Below, one piece after another: positions 35,082-43,991 of a DNA stretch of 64,000 bases (within the stretch, counting starts at the first letter, position 1; each line of letters opens with the position of its first letter). The stretch comes from Candidatus Methylacidiphilales bacterium. Its GTDB lineage: Bacteria; Verrucomicrobiota; Verrucomicrobiia; Methylacidiphilales; JANWVL01. The notes beneath the pieces are model-generated. The model had not been told where the DNA came from and made no database searches. It saw only the letters and a list, made by a program, of their open reading frames with translations. A program made the translations under genes and the position numbers. Where the stretch lies: NCBI GenBank assembly GCA_025056655.1, contig JANWVL010000110.1, forward strand, positions 10,035 through 74,034, written 5' to 3'.

Positions 35082-37331
35082 ATGAAAAAGCAAAACCTCA
35101 CTCGTTCCAAGATACCTCCCCCTCCCCATAATTCCGCCCCCTGGACATCATTCGCAATAAAAGTCATAAGCCACCCCTACTTTCTTATCACGGCGGCAAT
35201 TTGCATACTCTACTTCCAACTCAAAGACTTTAAGTTTCTATCCTGGGACGATCACGCGACCGTTCAATACAACCACCGATTGCATCCCCCGACATTCCAA
35301 ACCCTCACCTATTATTGGACACCAGTAATTCCTAAGGAATTCAAACAGTTTGAAGATATCTACATCCCCCTAACTTACACTGTCTGGGCAGCCCTAGCTT
35401 TAATCTCAGACAGCCTCTTCCCCGACACAGCCTATACCGTCATCCATCCCTCCGTCTATCACCTTGCCAACGTGGCAGTGCACATCCTAACCACTACAGT
35501 TATCTACCTGATCCTTACTAAGTTGATCAGAAAAATTTCATCCACAAACTCAACGCCGCTACAAGCCAGCCGTCTAGCACTATTCGGTGCCCTTCTCTAC
35601 GCTGTGCACCCGCTTCAAGTCGAACCCGTGTGTTGGGTCTCAGGCATGAAAGACATGCTTTGCGCATTTTTTGGATATCTTGCCGTGTGGGGGTGGTTGT
35701 CGTATTTGGAGGCACCTCAGCGATCGTCAACCGCTCGTTGGGCTTATGGGCTTGGGCTGCTGGCTTTTTTCTTTGCCTGCACCTCGAAACCCCAAGCCAT
35801 AAACGTTCCGATCCTCCTCGTCATTCTTTCGATAGGGATTTATCGCATCCCACTTCGAACCCTTGGATTTTTGATGATCCCTTGGTTCATCCTCACCTTA
35901 GCTACTGCAGTCTTAGCCAAGATTCTGCAACCAGACAAAGTCATTGCCACTCTCACCCCGCTTTGGACGCGGCCCTTAGTAGCCCTAGACGCTCTCAGCT
36001 TTTATCTAATCAAAGTCGTGTTCCCTGTAAACCTTTGCTTCGACTACAGCCGCACACCTGAATATATCTTGAAGACAGGTCAACTCTACTACTCCTGGCT
36101 TCCCTCTGCCCTTGTCTTCATCGCCGCGGCTTGCTCGCGTCATCGGCGCCTTTTGTTAACTCTACTTTTGCTCTTTGCAGGCGGGTTCGCGTCGGTATCA
36201 GGCATAGTCCCGTTTTACTCTCAAAACGTCTCGACCGTCTCAGACCGCTACATGCTCTTTCCTATGTTTGCTGTTGCGTTAGGAGGAGCCTTACTAATTA
36301 GTTACCTTCATGAGAAGTTTCCGAAATACACGCGATTAATTTCATCCACAGCAACCGCGCTGCTCCTCATCCTAGCTGTATTATCCTTTTATCAAATATC
36401 AACATGGCGTGACGACCGCACTTTCTACACCCAATCCGCAAAGATAAATCCTCGCAGCTACAGAGCCCTAAATAACCTCGCCCTTTACTATCACGAAAAA
36501 GGCCTCTCTGTTGAGGCCGAGAAACTTCTCTTAAAATGCCGAGACATCAAGGATACCGACCCGCTCACTTACTCCAATCTCGCCATGGTTCAATACAGCC
36601 AAAAACGCTACACCGAAGCCCGCGCCAACGCCCTGAAAGCAATCGAAATCAAACCCAACCTCGTCTACGCCCTCAATCACATGGGACTTATCGAAACTGC
36701 CCTGGGCAATCACGAGCAAGCCCTACAATGGCATCTCAAAGCTCACCAAGAATCCCCACACGCTTTCCCCTTTGCCTTCAACCTCGCCAACGCCGCCCTC
36801 CGTGCTCATCGCGAGGATATCGCCATCCAAGCTTTCGAAAAAGCCTTAGCCATAGTTCCAGACCATACTCAATGTCTAAATGACCTCGGCGCATTACTTA
36901 TTAAACAAAACCGCCTCACTGAAGCTCTCCCTTACATCGAAAAAGCGATCTACCTCGACATGACCTCCAATCCCGGTTTTATCCAAAATTGGTTCACACT
37001 CCAGCAACGCCTCAAAAATCCCATCACTCCAAGCCACCCCGTCGTGCGCCTCAAACAAGCAGACACCGCTGCTCTAAAAGAAAAAGATCCGTCTCAAGCG
37101 CTTAAAATCTTAAATTCGCTGATCGTCGAGCACCCCGATATCATCTCAGCCTATCACCGCATCGCCGGCATTTTGCGCTCCATCGGTCGCATCCATGAAT
37201 CTGACCAAATCAGCCAACAAGCTCTTAAGCGCGCACGCCTCTTGGGCTACCGCAGTATCGTCTACACACTTGAGTCTTACCTAATCTCCCGCGGTTACCC
37301 AATCAAAAGGACAGTCATACAAGAAGATTAG
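35082..37331 (+). CDS. TMTC-like polytopic membrane protein (GT-C-type, DUF1736-like loop) with C-terminal TPR domain, paralogue 1
   Basis: 749 aa with ~10 TM helices and the motif LYAVHPLQVEPVCWVSGMKDML. The C-terminal TPR repeats include ALNNLALYYHEKG, YSNLAMVQYSQKRYTEA and LNHMGLIETALGNHEQA. It is clearly homologous to the ORF at 46568-48784. Confidence 0.7.
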   Translation: MKKQNLTRSKIPPPPHNSAPWTSFAIKVISHPYFLITAAICILYFQLKDFKFLSWDDHATVQYNHRLHPPTFQTLTYYWTPVIPKEFKQFEDIYIPLTYTVWAALALISDSLFPDTAYTVIHPSVYHLANVAVHILTTTVIYLILTKLIRKISSTNSTPLQASRLALFGALLYAVHPLQVEPVCWVSGMKDMLCAFFGYLAVWGWLSYLEAPQRSSTARWAYGLGLLAFFFACTSKPQAINVPILLVILSIGIYRIPLRTLGFLMIPWFILTLATAVLAKILQPDKVIATLTPLWTRPLVALDALSFYLIKVVFPVNLCFDYSRTPEYILKTGQLYYSWLPSALVFIAAACSRHRRLLLTLLLLFAGGFASVSGIVPFYSQNVSTVSDRYMLFPMFAVALGGALLISYLHEKFPKYTRLISSTATALLLILAVLSFYQISTWRDDRTFYTQSAKINPRSYRALNNLALYYHEKGLSVEAEKLLLKCRDIKDTDPLTYSNLAMVQYSQKRYTEARANALKAIEIKPNLVYALNHMGLIETALGNHEQALQWHLKAHQESPHAFPFAFNLANAALRAHREDIAIQAFEKALAIVPDHTQCLNDLGALLIKQNRLTEALPYIEKAIYLDMTSNPGFIQNWFTLQQRLKNPITPSHPVVRLKQADTAALKEKDPSQALKILNSLIVEHPDIISAYHRIAGILRSIGRIHESDQISQQALKRARLLGYRSIVYTLESYLISRGYPIKRTVIQED

Positions 37332-37857
37332 CCAAAAACCATTTTCGTTTCCCCCGCCTGCCTTGAAAAATCAAACTTCAACTCCTACCCCCACCTCTTC
37401 GTCCACATCACACCTACCAGAAAAGACCCGATCCCCCCGTCAAGCAATTTTCAAAAATAATTTTATCCTCCGCCTTTTCTCTTGCCTCAAACGATCCGAT
37501 CCATACGATCAAAAACCCACTTTGGAAAAAATCGTAACGGATCGATACGAACGATTCAGGCAGACGGCCTGAACCAACACCATGCGATCCCTTACGATTT
37601 CACCAAGTTCTCAAGGAGTATGAGCAAGATTGAAGTCTATCTCCCCCTTGTGAATAACTCCTCATATTCCAGCCCTTCCAATCGCCTCCCCTCCATCGAG
37701 CCGAGCAAACTTCTCCTTAACGCACAGCCCCTTAACAAAATGGCAAAATCACAAACTATTCAAAATCAATATTTTAATACACTTAAATACATAGCAACCA
37801 TAAAAAGTCACATACATGCAGAACTTGCCCTATTCCATATAGTTTTGTGAATAACTT
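37332..37857. promoter_or_regulatory. non-coding dnaA leader; candidate oriC / dnaA autoregulatory region
   Basis: This 526-bp gap lacks a credible ORF. DnaA-box-like 9-mers (TTATNCACA read on the minus strand) are TGTGAATAA at 37649-37657 and 37846-37854, and TGTGAGTAA at 37857-37865. A weaker TTATCCTCC lies at 37463-37471. An AT-rich stretch spans ~37736-37860. Five GATC sites fall within 37493-37589. Confidence 0.35.
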
Positions 37858-39285
37858 GTGAGTAACCGCCCTATGCCATACCCGCCATTCACCCCACCTT
37901 CCCGCCACGCCTCAGATATGTCACAACACCAAAATCAATGGAAACAAATCTGCGACCATCTCCGCCAACTTCTTCCAGCCGATGCAGTGGATCGATGGTT
38001 TATCCCACTCGTCTGCACACACATCGGCGATAAGACCATCGAGCTAATTGCTGATAACGAAATCTACCCCACCTGGATTGAGGAAAATTACCTTCCCCTC
38101 CTTAAAAGCGCAATTGAGACAGTTGTAGGAAAACCCCTCTCTGTCAAAATATCTACCTTATCCCCTGGCCAACCCCCAGAGACGCCCGCATCGCGAAGTC
38201 ATCGACCCTCTCGCAATGCGACATCCAGAGAGCATGAAGAAGACATCGACCGCGAAAGCATCAACGAACGCCACCGCTTCGATAATTTCGTCGTCGGTCC
38301 CAACAACCAATTCGCCCACGCCGCCGCGCTAGCCGTCGCCCACAACACCGCGCGATCCTACAATCCCCTCTTCCTCCACGGTCGCGCCGGGCTTGGCAAA
38401 ACCCATCTCATGCAAGCCATCGGCAACTACCTCATCGAAAAGAAGCGCCACCTCCGCGTCCGTTACATCACCTGTGAGACCTTTTGCAACGACTTCATCG
38501 CCGCCGTCAGTAAAGGTCAAGGACCACTCCTCGAGCGGTTTCGAAAACGTTACCGCCAAGTAGACGTCCTACTTATAGACGACATCCAATTCCTCGCTGG
38601 AAAAGACCGCTCTCAAGAAGAATTCTTCCACACCTTCAACGCCCTCTTTGACGGATCAAAACAAATTGTCATCACCGCCGACTCTCCACCCAACGAAATC
38701 GCCAATTTAGAAAAACGCCTCGTCTCCCGCTTTGAATGGGGACTGACGGCAGAGCTCCTGGTGCCTGATCAAGAGACTCGAAGGGCTATACTCGCCCAGA
38801 AACTCAAACAAATGCAGACCTACCTTCCTGATGAAATACTCGCATTAATTGCTGCCCGCATCTCCTCTAGCATACGGCGCCTGGAAGGTGCCCTCAATCG
38901 CGTCGCCGTGTATGCCTCTCTCCATCAAGGACGCATCACCGTCGCACAAGCTGAAAATCTCCTCAAAGACCTCTTCCAACAAGAACAACGCCCCTCGATT
39001 TCCATCGAGCTCATACAACGACGAGTCGCTGAAGCCTACGATGTGCGGCTCGGCGATCTCACAGGACGCCGCCGCCCAGCTCACATTGCCCTGCCCAGAC
39101 AAATCGCCATGTATCTCGCACGCCAGCTCACCAATTCCTCACTCATGGAAATCGGAGACGCTTTCGGAGGACGCGATCACGGCACCGTCCTCCACGCATA
39201 TCGAGAAATATCACGGCGCATGACTGAAGACCCGCGCCTCAAGCAAATGATAGATACCCTCGTCGAAAAGCTAAAAGATGCTTAG
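37858..39285 (+). CDS. dnaA: chromosomal replication initiator protein DnaA
   Basis: Walker A (LFLHGRAGLGKTHLMQAIGN), Walker B (VLLIDDIQFLAGK), sensor motifs and the C-terminal DNA-binding domain (IALPRQIAMYLARQLTNSSLMEIGDAFGGRDHGTVLHA) are present. The track start at 37858 is GTG. ATG alternatives lie at 37873 and 37918, the latter giving MSQHQNQWKQICDHL. Confidence 0.97.
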   Translation: MSNRPMPYPPFTPPSRHASDMSQHQNQWKQICDHLRQLLPADAVDRWFIPLVCTHIGDKTIELIADNEIYPTWIEENYLPLLKSAIETVVGKPLSVKISTLSPGQPPETPASRSHRPSRNATSREHEEDIDRESINERHRFDNFVVGPNNQFAHAAALAVAHNTARSYNPLFLHGRAGLGKTHLMQAIGNYLIEKKRHLRVRYITCETFCNDFIAAVSKGQGPLLERFRKRYRQVDVLLIDDIQFLAGKDRSQEEFFHTFNALFDGSKQIVITADSPPNEIANLEKRLVSRFEWGLTAELLVPDQETRRAILAQKLKQMQTYLPDEILALIAARISSSIRRLEGALNRVAVYASLHQGRITVAQAENLLKDLFQQEQRPSISIELIQRRVAEAYDVRLGDLTGRRRPAHIALPRQIAMYLARQLTNSSLMEIGDAFGGRDHGTVLHAYREISRRMTEDPRLKQMIDTLVEKLKDA

Positions 39286-39403
39286 CTTGAGGAGACTTTT
39301 TCAGACTTGTATTATCCTCACGGCCCCTCAGCTCGTGTTCTGAAGCCCACAATAATCGGATGATAGGGTTGACACAGCACCCGTTTTGCATGACCATTTC
39401 CTT

Positions 39404-39871
39404 ATGCCCATAGACCCTCGATTGAGAGATAAAATCCTTAAATTCATGGAGAGCAAAGGCGCTCGGATCACATCACAACGAATAGCGATCATCGAAGCAG
39501 CTTTTAGCACAGATGAACACTACACAGCTGAAAAACTCCATGAAATGGTCAAAAAAATAGACCGCTCCGTCTCACGAGCTACGGTCTACCGCACCCTCCC
39601 TCTACTCGTAGAAAGCGGACACCTCCACGAGCTCGATTTAGGCCGCGGGCAGACCTACTACGATCCGAATTACATCAAGCATCCCAAACATAACCACTTG
39701 ATCTGCATGGACTGCGACAAGATCTTCGAGTTTGAAGACGAAGGACTAGAACGCCGTGAAGATGCCATCACACGAAAGCTTGGCTTCACTCCCACCGATA
39801 AACAACTGCGAATCCGCGCTTCTTGTGAAACCTTGCGGAAAAAGGGCACTTGCTCAAGGGCCAAAAAATAA
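39404..39871 (+). CDS. fur: Fur-family transcriptional regulator
   Basis: The winged-helix part is RITSQRIAIIEAAFSTDEHYTAEKLHEMV...VSRATVYRTLPLLVESGHL. The metal site is HPKHNHLICMDCDKIFEFED with a C-terminal Cys pair. The track start at 39386 is TTG, and the first ATG is at 39404. Confidence 0.85.
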   Translation: MPIDPRLRDKILKFMESKGARITSQRIAIIEAAFSTDEHYTAEKLHEMVKKIDRSVSRATVYRTLPLLVESGHLHELDLGRGQTYYDPNYIKHPKHNHLICMDCDKIFEFEDEGLERREDAITRKLGFTPTDKQLRIRASCETLRKKGTCSRAKK

Positions 39872-39883
39872 ACTCTCGGGAAG

Positions 39884-40921
39884 ATGAAGTCCCATAAAGA
39901 ACCGGACAAGCCAGGCTTCCTTCATAAAGCTCGTGAATGGCTCAAGCTCGGCGCTCGAACGACTGTCCAAATCACTTATCGACAACGTCTAGTAGCCTTG
40001 CTCACAGGCACATTAATTCTAGCTTTGCTAATCCTTTTCTTTGCCTTTTTTTCAGCCTATCAAGCAGGCCTACAGCGAGAGGTCCTAAAACAAATCATCG
40101 AAACAAACCCCAACATCTCACATTCACAATGGAAAGATGCCTATGCCCGGCACGAGCAGGCAACCCGTAACATTCAGAGCGTCACCTTCGGAGCCCTGCT
40201 GCTGTTGCTTTTCTTCGACGCTCTCATGGCTTTTCTAGTCTACAAAGAGCACATCGCGCGTTATGCCTTGAAATCCCATCGCTCGACATCCTCCGAAATA
40301 GAGAGGCGAAAGTTGACGGTTATGCAGCGATTTATCGGATTACTAGAAGAGGCAGGTATAACAGCCGCAGCCACCAAATCCCCTGCTCTTGAAAGTTTCA
40401 TCCAAAGCTGCCGTGCTGATAAAGCAGACCTAAAAATCATTGAAGCGGAGGAACCCTTAGTCGAGATCCATATCGAAATGGTAGATGAATTAACCAAAAA
40501 AAATATTCTCACCCCACTAGTCATCTCCACTAATGCAAGAATCCAAGCCAATAAAAATTTAATTAAAGCTGCTCTAAGGCAATTTGTCCTCAACGCTGCG
40601 CAAGCTGTCGGCAGCAACGGGAAGATCATTTTCCGAGCTTACGATAAATTTGCCAAATTCCACGGGCACCACCGTCGCGTCGTCTATCTTCTTATCGAAG
40701 ATAACGGCGGCGGTATCCCAGAAGATGTGCAGCCGTTTCTATACCAACATTTTTACTCGACCAAAGACGACCGGCTCGGTTTGGGGTTATCAATTGCACA
40801 ACGCATAGCTGAAGCCCACGGCGCTGAAATTCACTACGAGACGGAAAAAGGCGTCGGCTCGAGTTTTGCTTTGGTGCTCCCTGCAGTAGAGGAAGACGAA
40901 AACGAAAAAATCGCAGCCTGA
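39884..40921 (+). CDS. membrane-bound GHKL (HATPase_c) histidine-kinase-like protein, no obvious H-box
   Basis: 345 aa with two TM helices. N-box-like LRQFVLNAAQAV, G1 IEDNGGGIP, F-box FYSTK and G2 GLGLSIAQRIAEAHGAEIHYETEKGVGSSFALVLP are present. I could not find a HisKA-type phospho-acceptor motif between TM2 and the ATPase domain. Confidence 0.65.
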   Translation: MKSHKEPDKPGFLHKAREWLKLGARTTVQITYRQRLVALLTGTLILALLILFFAFFSAYQAGLQREVLKQIIETNPNISHSQWKDAYARHEQATRNIQSVTFGALLLLLFFDALMAFLVYKEHIARYALKSHRSTSSEIERRKLTVMQRFIGLLEEAGITAAATKSPALESFIQSCRADKADLKIIEAEEPLVEIHIEMVDELTKKNILTPLVISTNARIQANKNLIKAALRQFVLNAAQAVGSNGKIIFRAYDKFAKFHGHHRRVVYLLIEDNGGGIPEDVQPFLYQHFYSTKDDRLGLGLSIAQRIAEAHGAEIHYETEKGVGSSFALVLPAVEEDENEKIAA

Positions 40922-40923
40922 TT

Positions 40924-41499
40924 TTAATCACCCGCTCCGCCTGATGAAGCGTATGCAGTAAACGCAAGGACGATTAAGCACAGCCCGATCAATAAGCCGA
41001 TCCCATTTAAGAGACGGCTGGGCAAAGAGTGCTTGAAACCGATCCGCAAAATCTCTCGAAAAAGGTAAGGAGAAGCCACAAACACCATGCCTGCCACAAT
41101 CCAAACGTAGGAAAGCAACGTCACCACCAGACGGGCTCGGCTTTCCTCCAAAAATGCTGCATCCAGAAGGATACAAGCCGCTAAAAGCAAGAGCATCCCT
41201 AGCGCCCGGACAGAGAGAAAATCTTCTATAAAAAACATAGCCAGCAATGTGCCGATGGATAATATGATGACGAAAGTATTCCGCATGCCACTGAATTCAC
41301 CCAGGTCAATATTTAAAACAAGAAGAATAGTCCAGACACCTGCGGCAAGTGTCAGCCCACGACCGATCCACACAGAGCGAATAAAAGCGCGAAGACGTTG
41401 ATAAAAAGCATGAGGGTGAATTATTCCCCATGTGTGTAGAAGAACATAGAGCGCGCCGACACAAAGAGAAACCTGTTGTAAGGTGAACGGATAAATCAT
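40924..41499 (-). CDS. hypothetical polytopic membrane protein
   Basis: 191-aa ORF with 5-6 hydrophobic helices. I recognise no family. Confidence 0.5.
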   Translation of the reverse strand: MIYPFTLQQVSLCVGALYVLLHTWGIIHPHAFYQRLRAFIRSVWIGRGLTLAAGVWTILLVLNIDLGEFSGMRNTFVIILSIGTLLAMFFIEDFLSVRALGMLLLLAACILLDAAFLEESRARLVVTLLSYVWIVAGMVFVASPYLFREILRIGFKHSLPSRLLNGIGLLIGLCLIVLAFTAYASSGGAGD

Positions 41500-41505
41500 A
41501 ACAGA

Positions 41506-42906
41506 TCAAGCAGAAAGTGAAGCGGGGCTCAGCGAATTGGGCGATGTAAAACCTACAAGATATGGGTCGGCATAAAACGTGTAGCCATTAGGCGTCTCTT
41601 TGATCGTCACATTTAAGAGCTGACCCCGCCACCGCTCATTGGCCTCTATCAACACAAGCCGATTGGTGCGGGTGCGACCTTGAAAGCGTTTAGGATTATT
41701 TTTGCTCTCCCCCTCAACGAGGATCTCGACAGTCTGCCCGATCAAAGCTTGGCCTTTTTCAAGAGCAATCTTGTCTTGGATCGCTAAAAGACGGTGATTG
41801 CGGGAGAGCTTCTCTTCTTCAGAAATAGCATTTGGAAGAGCGGCAGCCGGCGTGTTCCGCCGCGGAGAGTAGCGAAATATAAAGGATTGATCAAAACGTA
41901 GCTCTTGAACGAGTTCACACGTGGCTTGAAAGTCTTCTTCCGTTTCTCCTGGAAAACCGACTATGATGTCGGTGCTGATAGCAAGATCGGGGCAGGCGGA
42001 GCGAAGTTCCTGCACGAGCGAAATGAATTTTTCACGGGTGTAACCTCGATGCATCGCTTTCAGTATGCGGTTGCTCCCGGATTGAAGAGGAAGATGCACA
42101 TGCTCACAGAGCTGCGGTAGATAGGAAAAGGCAGCGATAAGATCTTTCTTGTAGCCGATCGGGTGAGGGGAGGTAAAACGAACGCGTTCAATGCCCGGCA
42201 CCGCACAGACAGCCTCAAGAAGCTGCACAAATGGGGTCTTGCCATTTATCGAAGGAAACTCGTGACGACCATAAAGGTTAACGATTTGCCCTAACAGCGT
42301 GACTTCTTTAATTCCTTGATCTGCTAGCGATTTTACTTCTGCTACAATTTCAGAAATAGGACGGGAACGCTCTGGCCCTCGAGTCGAAGGCACAATGCAA
42401 AAAGTGCAATGCATGTTGCAGCCTTGCATGATCGAGACATAAGCCGAAACTTGATTTGGGCGCAGCAAATGGTCTTTGATCGTGTTTTGAGAATCAGGTT
42501 CTTCATCGACATCAACGATTGGCGCGCGGCTTGAGGAGGGCTGAGACCTCAGATCTTCGATGTAATCGACAACCCGATGGAATTTCTGCGTGCCAATAAT
42601 TAAATCCACGTCGGGCAAAGTATCCAAAATTGTGGCGCCTCGGCTCTGTGCCATGCAGCCCATGAAACCCATGATGAGATGAGGTTTTCTACGGCGAAGT
42701 CTCTGGAGATTGGCCATGCTGCCGAGAGCTTTCTGCTCGGCCATATCGCGGACGCTGCAGGTATTGATGAGGATCACGTCGGCATCGCTTTCGGAATCTG
42801 TTAGACGATATCCTTTGGCTTCAAGTTGGCGGGCGACCTGTTCGGAGTCGCGCACGTTCATCTGGCAGCCGTAGGTTTTGATATACACAGAAGGAGGCGT
42901 ATCCAT
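41506..42906 (-). CDS. miaB: tRNA-i6A37 methylthiotransferase MiaB
   Basis: The N-terminal UPF0004 domain (VYIKTYGCQMNVRDSE), the radical-SAM CxxxCxxC motif (QGCNMHCTFCIVPSTRG) and a C-terminal TRAM domain are all present. Confidence 0.93.
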   Translation of the reverse strand: MDTPPSVYIKTYGCQMNVRDSEQVARQLEAKGYRLTDSESDADVILINTCSVRDMAEQKALGSMANLQRLRRRKPHLIMGFMGCMAQSRGATILDTLPDVDLIIGTQKFHRVVDYIEDLRSQPSSSRAPIVDVDEEPDSQNTIKDHLLRPNQVSAYVSIMQGCNMHCTFCIVPSTRGPERSRPISEIVAEVKSLADQGIKEVTLLGQIVNLYGRHEFPSINGKTPFVQLLEAVCAVPGIERVRFTSPHPIGYKKDLIAAFSYLPQLCEHVHLPLQSGSNRILKAMHRGYTREKFISLVQELRSACPDLAISTDIIVGFPGETEEDFQATCELVQELRFDQSFIFRYSPRRNTPAAALPNAISEEEKLSRNHRLLAIQDKIALEKGQALIGQTVEILVEGESKNNPKRFQGRTRTNRLVLIEANERWRGQLLNVTIKETPNGYTFYADPYLVGFTSPNSLSPASLSA

Positions 42907-42971
42907 AAGCCTTAGCTTATTTTTTTAGCAGCTCATTTCCCAATGAGCAACAGTAAGCCAGATCGGAAATA

Positions 42972-43000
42972 TAAATAAAAAAGGCGGCTGGTCGCCGCCC
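42972..43000 (-). terminator. rho-independent terminator downstream of the PEP-CTERM gene
   Basis: The minus strand reads GGGCGGCGACCAGCCGCC followed by TTTTTTATTTAT, i.e. stem GGCGGC/GCCGCC with a 5-nt loop. Confidence 0.7.
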
Positions 43001-43029
43001 CTGGAAATGATTTAGAACTGTAGTTGTTG

Positions 43030-43896
43030 TTAATTGCTGTCTCGACGACGGCGAACAATGTAACCCAAGAGTAAGGATCCACCGATAATCAGGGCATAAG
43101 TAGATGGTTCAGGGATTGCTACAGCCGCCCATGTGGTGCCGAGTCTGAATTCATCGAACCGCACAAGGCCTCCACCAAAGTTGGCGATGGATAATTCTGT
43201 GAATTGTGAATCAAACACATTTGTTAAGGTGAAACCACCTGGAGCATCCGTCACACCAAGCTGCGGATTTCTCCATACAGTGATTATGTCGTTGCTTGCA
43301 CCGGCATTAAATTGGAATTTCACTACAAAAAAATTGGCTCCCGCTGAACTTCCTAAATTTTGTGATGCATCTCCTGCGCTATCCGTGCCTGGAGTAGCAT
43401 CGGTGGCAGCACGTGCTTCAAATTCTGAGCCATTCCAGCGAATCTCAAAACGCCTGTTTGGATCAGCGTTTACGTTGTCGTGTAGTTCAAGGGCAGAAAA
43501 ACTTCCCGCTGTGGGAACGGTCATCATGAAGCTCAGATACAAATTCCCTGATGCATTAGCTCCACCAATTTTCCCACCATCTATCAGAGTGCCAAGTATA
43601 TTAGAGTCAAGTATTAGCTTTCTTGAGGACCTGCCGTTTACATTATTAAATACTGCGTGCCCCTCGCTGGAGGGCAATACATCGTAACTTAATGTGAGAG
43701 ACGACGATGTCGCTCCATCTCCATACCACTGTGCTCCAGCATTCCATGCTGCAGGGTTAGCAGAATTGTTGGGTGCGGCTGAAAGTGGCCCGGTCCCTGC
43801 GTAGGGCGGGATAGCAAATCCTTCATATGCAATTGGCTGAGAGAGAGCTGATGTTAGTGGGGTTAAAACAGCTAAGGTGATTACAAGTTTATTCAT
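43030..43896 (-). CDS. PEP-CTERM sorting-domain secreted protein
   Basis: 288 aa with signal peptide MNKLVITLAVLTPLTSALS. The C-terminus IPEPSTYALIIGGSLLLGYIVRRRRDSN comprises a PEP motif, a TM helix and an Arg cluster, which is the exosortase sorting signal. Confidence 0.85.
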   Translation of the reverse strand: MNKLVITLAVLTPLTSALSQPIAYEGFAIPPYAGTGPLSAAPNNSANPAAWNAGAQWYGDGATSSSLTLSYDVLPSSEGHAVFNNVNGRSSRKLILDSNILGTLIDGGKIGGANASGNLYLSFMMTVPTAGSFSALELHDNVNADPNRRFEIRWNGSEFEARAATDATPGTDSAGDASQNLGSSAGANFFVVKFQFNAGASNDIITVWRNPQLGVTDAPGGFTLTNVFDSQFTELSIANFGGGLVRFDEFRLGTTWAAVAIPEPSTYALIIGGSLLLGYIVRRRRDSN

Positions 43897-43991
43897 AAGG
43901 CGTGGTTATTAGAAGTTAGTAATTTATTAAATGTAAAAAGTTACTTGTCAATGAAATTTTTCTTGAATTTTAACATAAGCTTTTGCGTCAC

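Noticed and set aside
37363-37850. ORFs of 69 and 122 aa in the dnaA leader
   Set aside because: Both start at TTG, give low-complexity basic or Ser/Pro-rich products, and span the DnaA-box and AT-rich region. Treating the region as non-coding regulatory DNA is more parsimonious. I also looked for tmRNA, SRP RNA and RNase P hallmark sequences here and saw none.
39340-39373. Fur-box-like sequence (ACAATAATCGGATGATAGG) and TTGACA hexamer upstream of fur
   Set aside because: The match to the 7-1-7 Fur consensus is poor and no convincing -10 lies at proper spacing. It is too weak to call.
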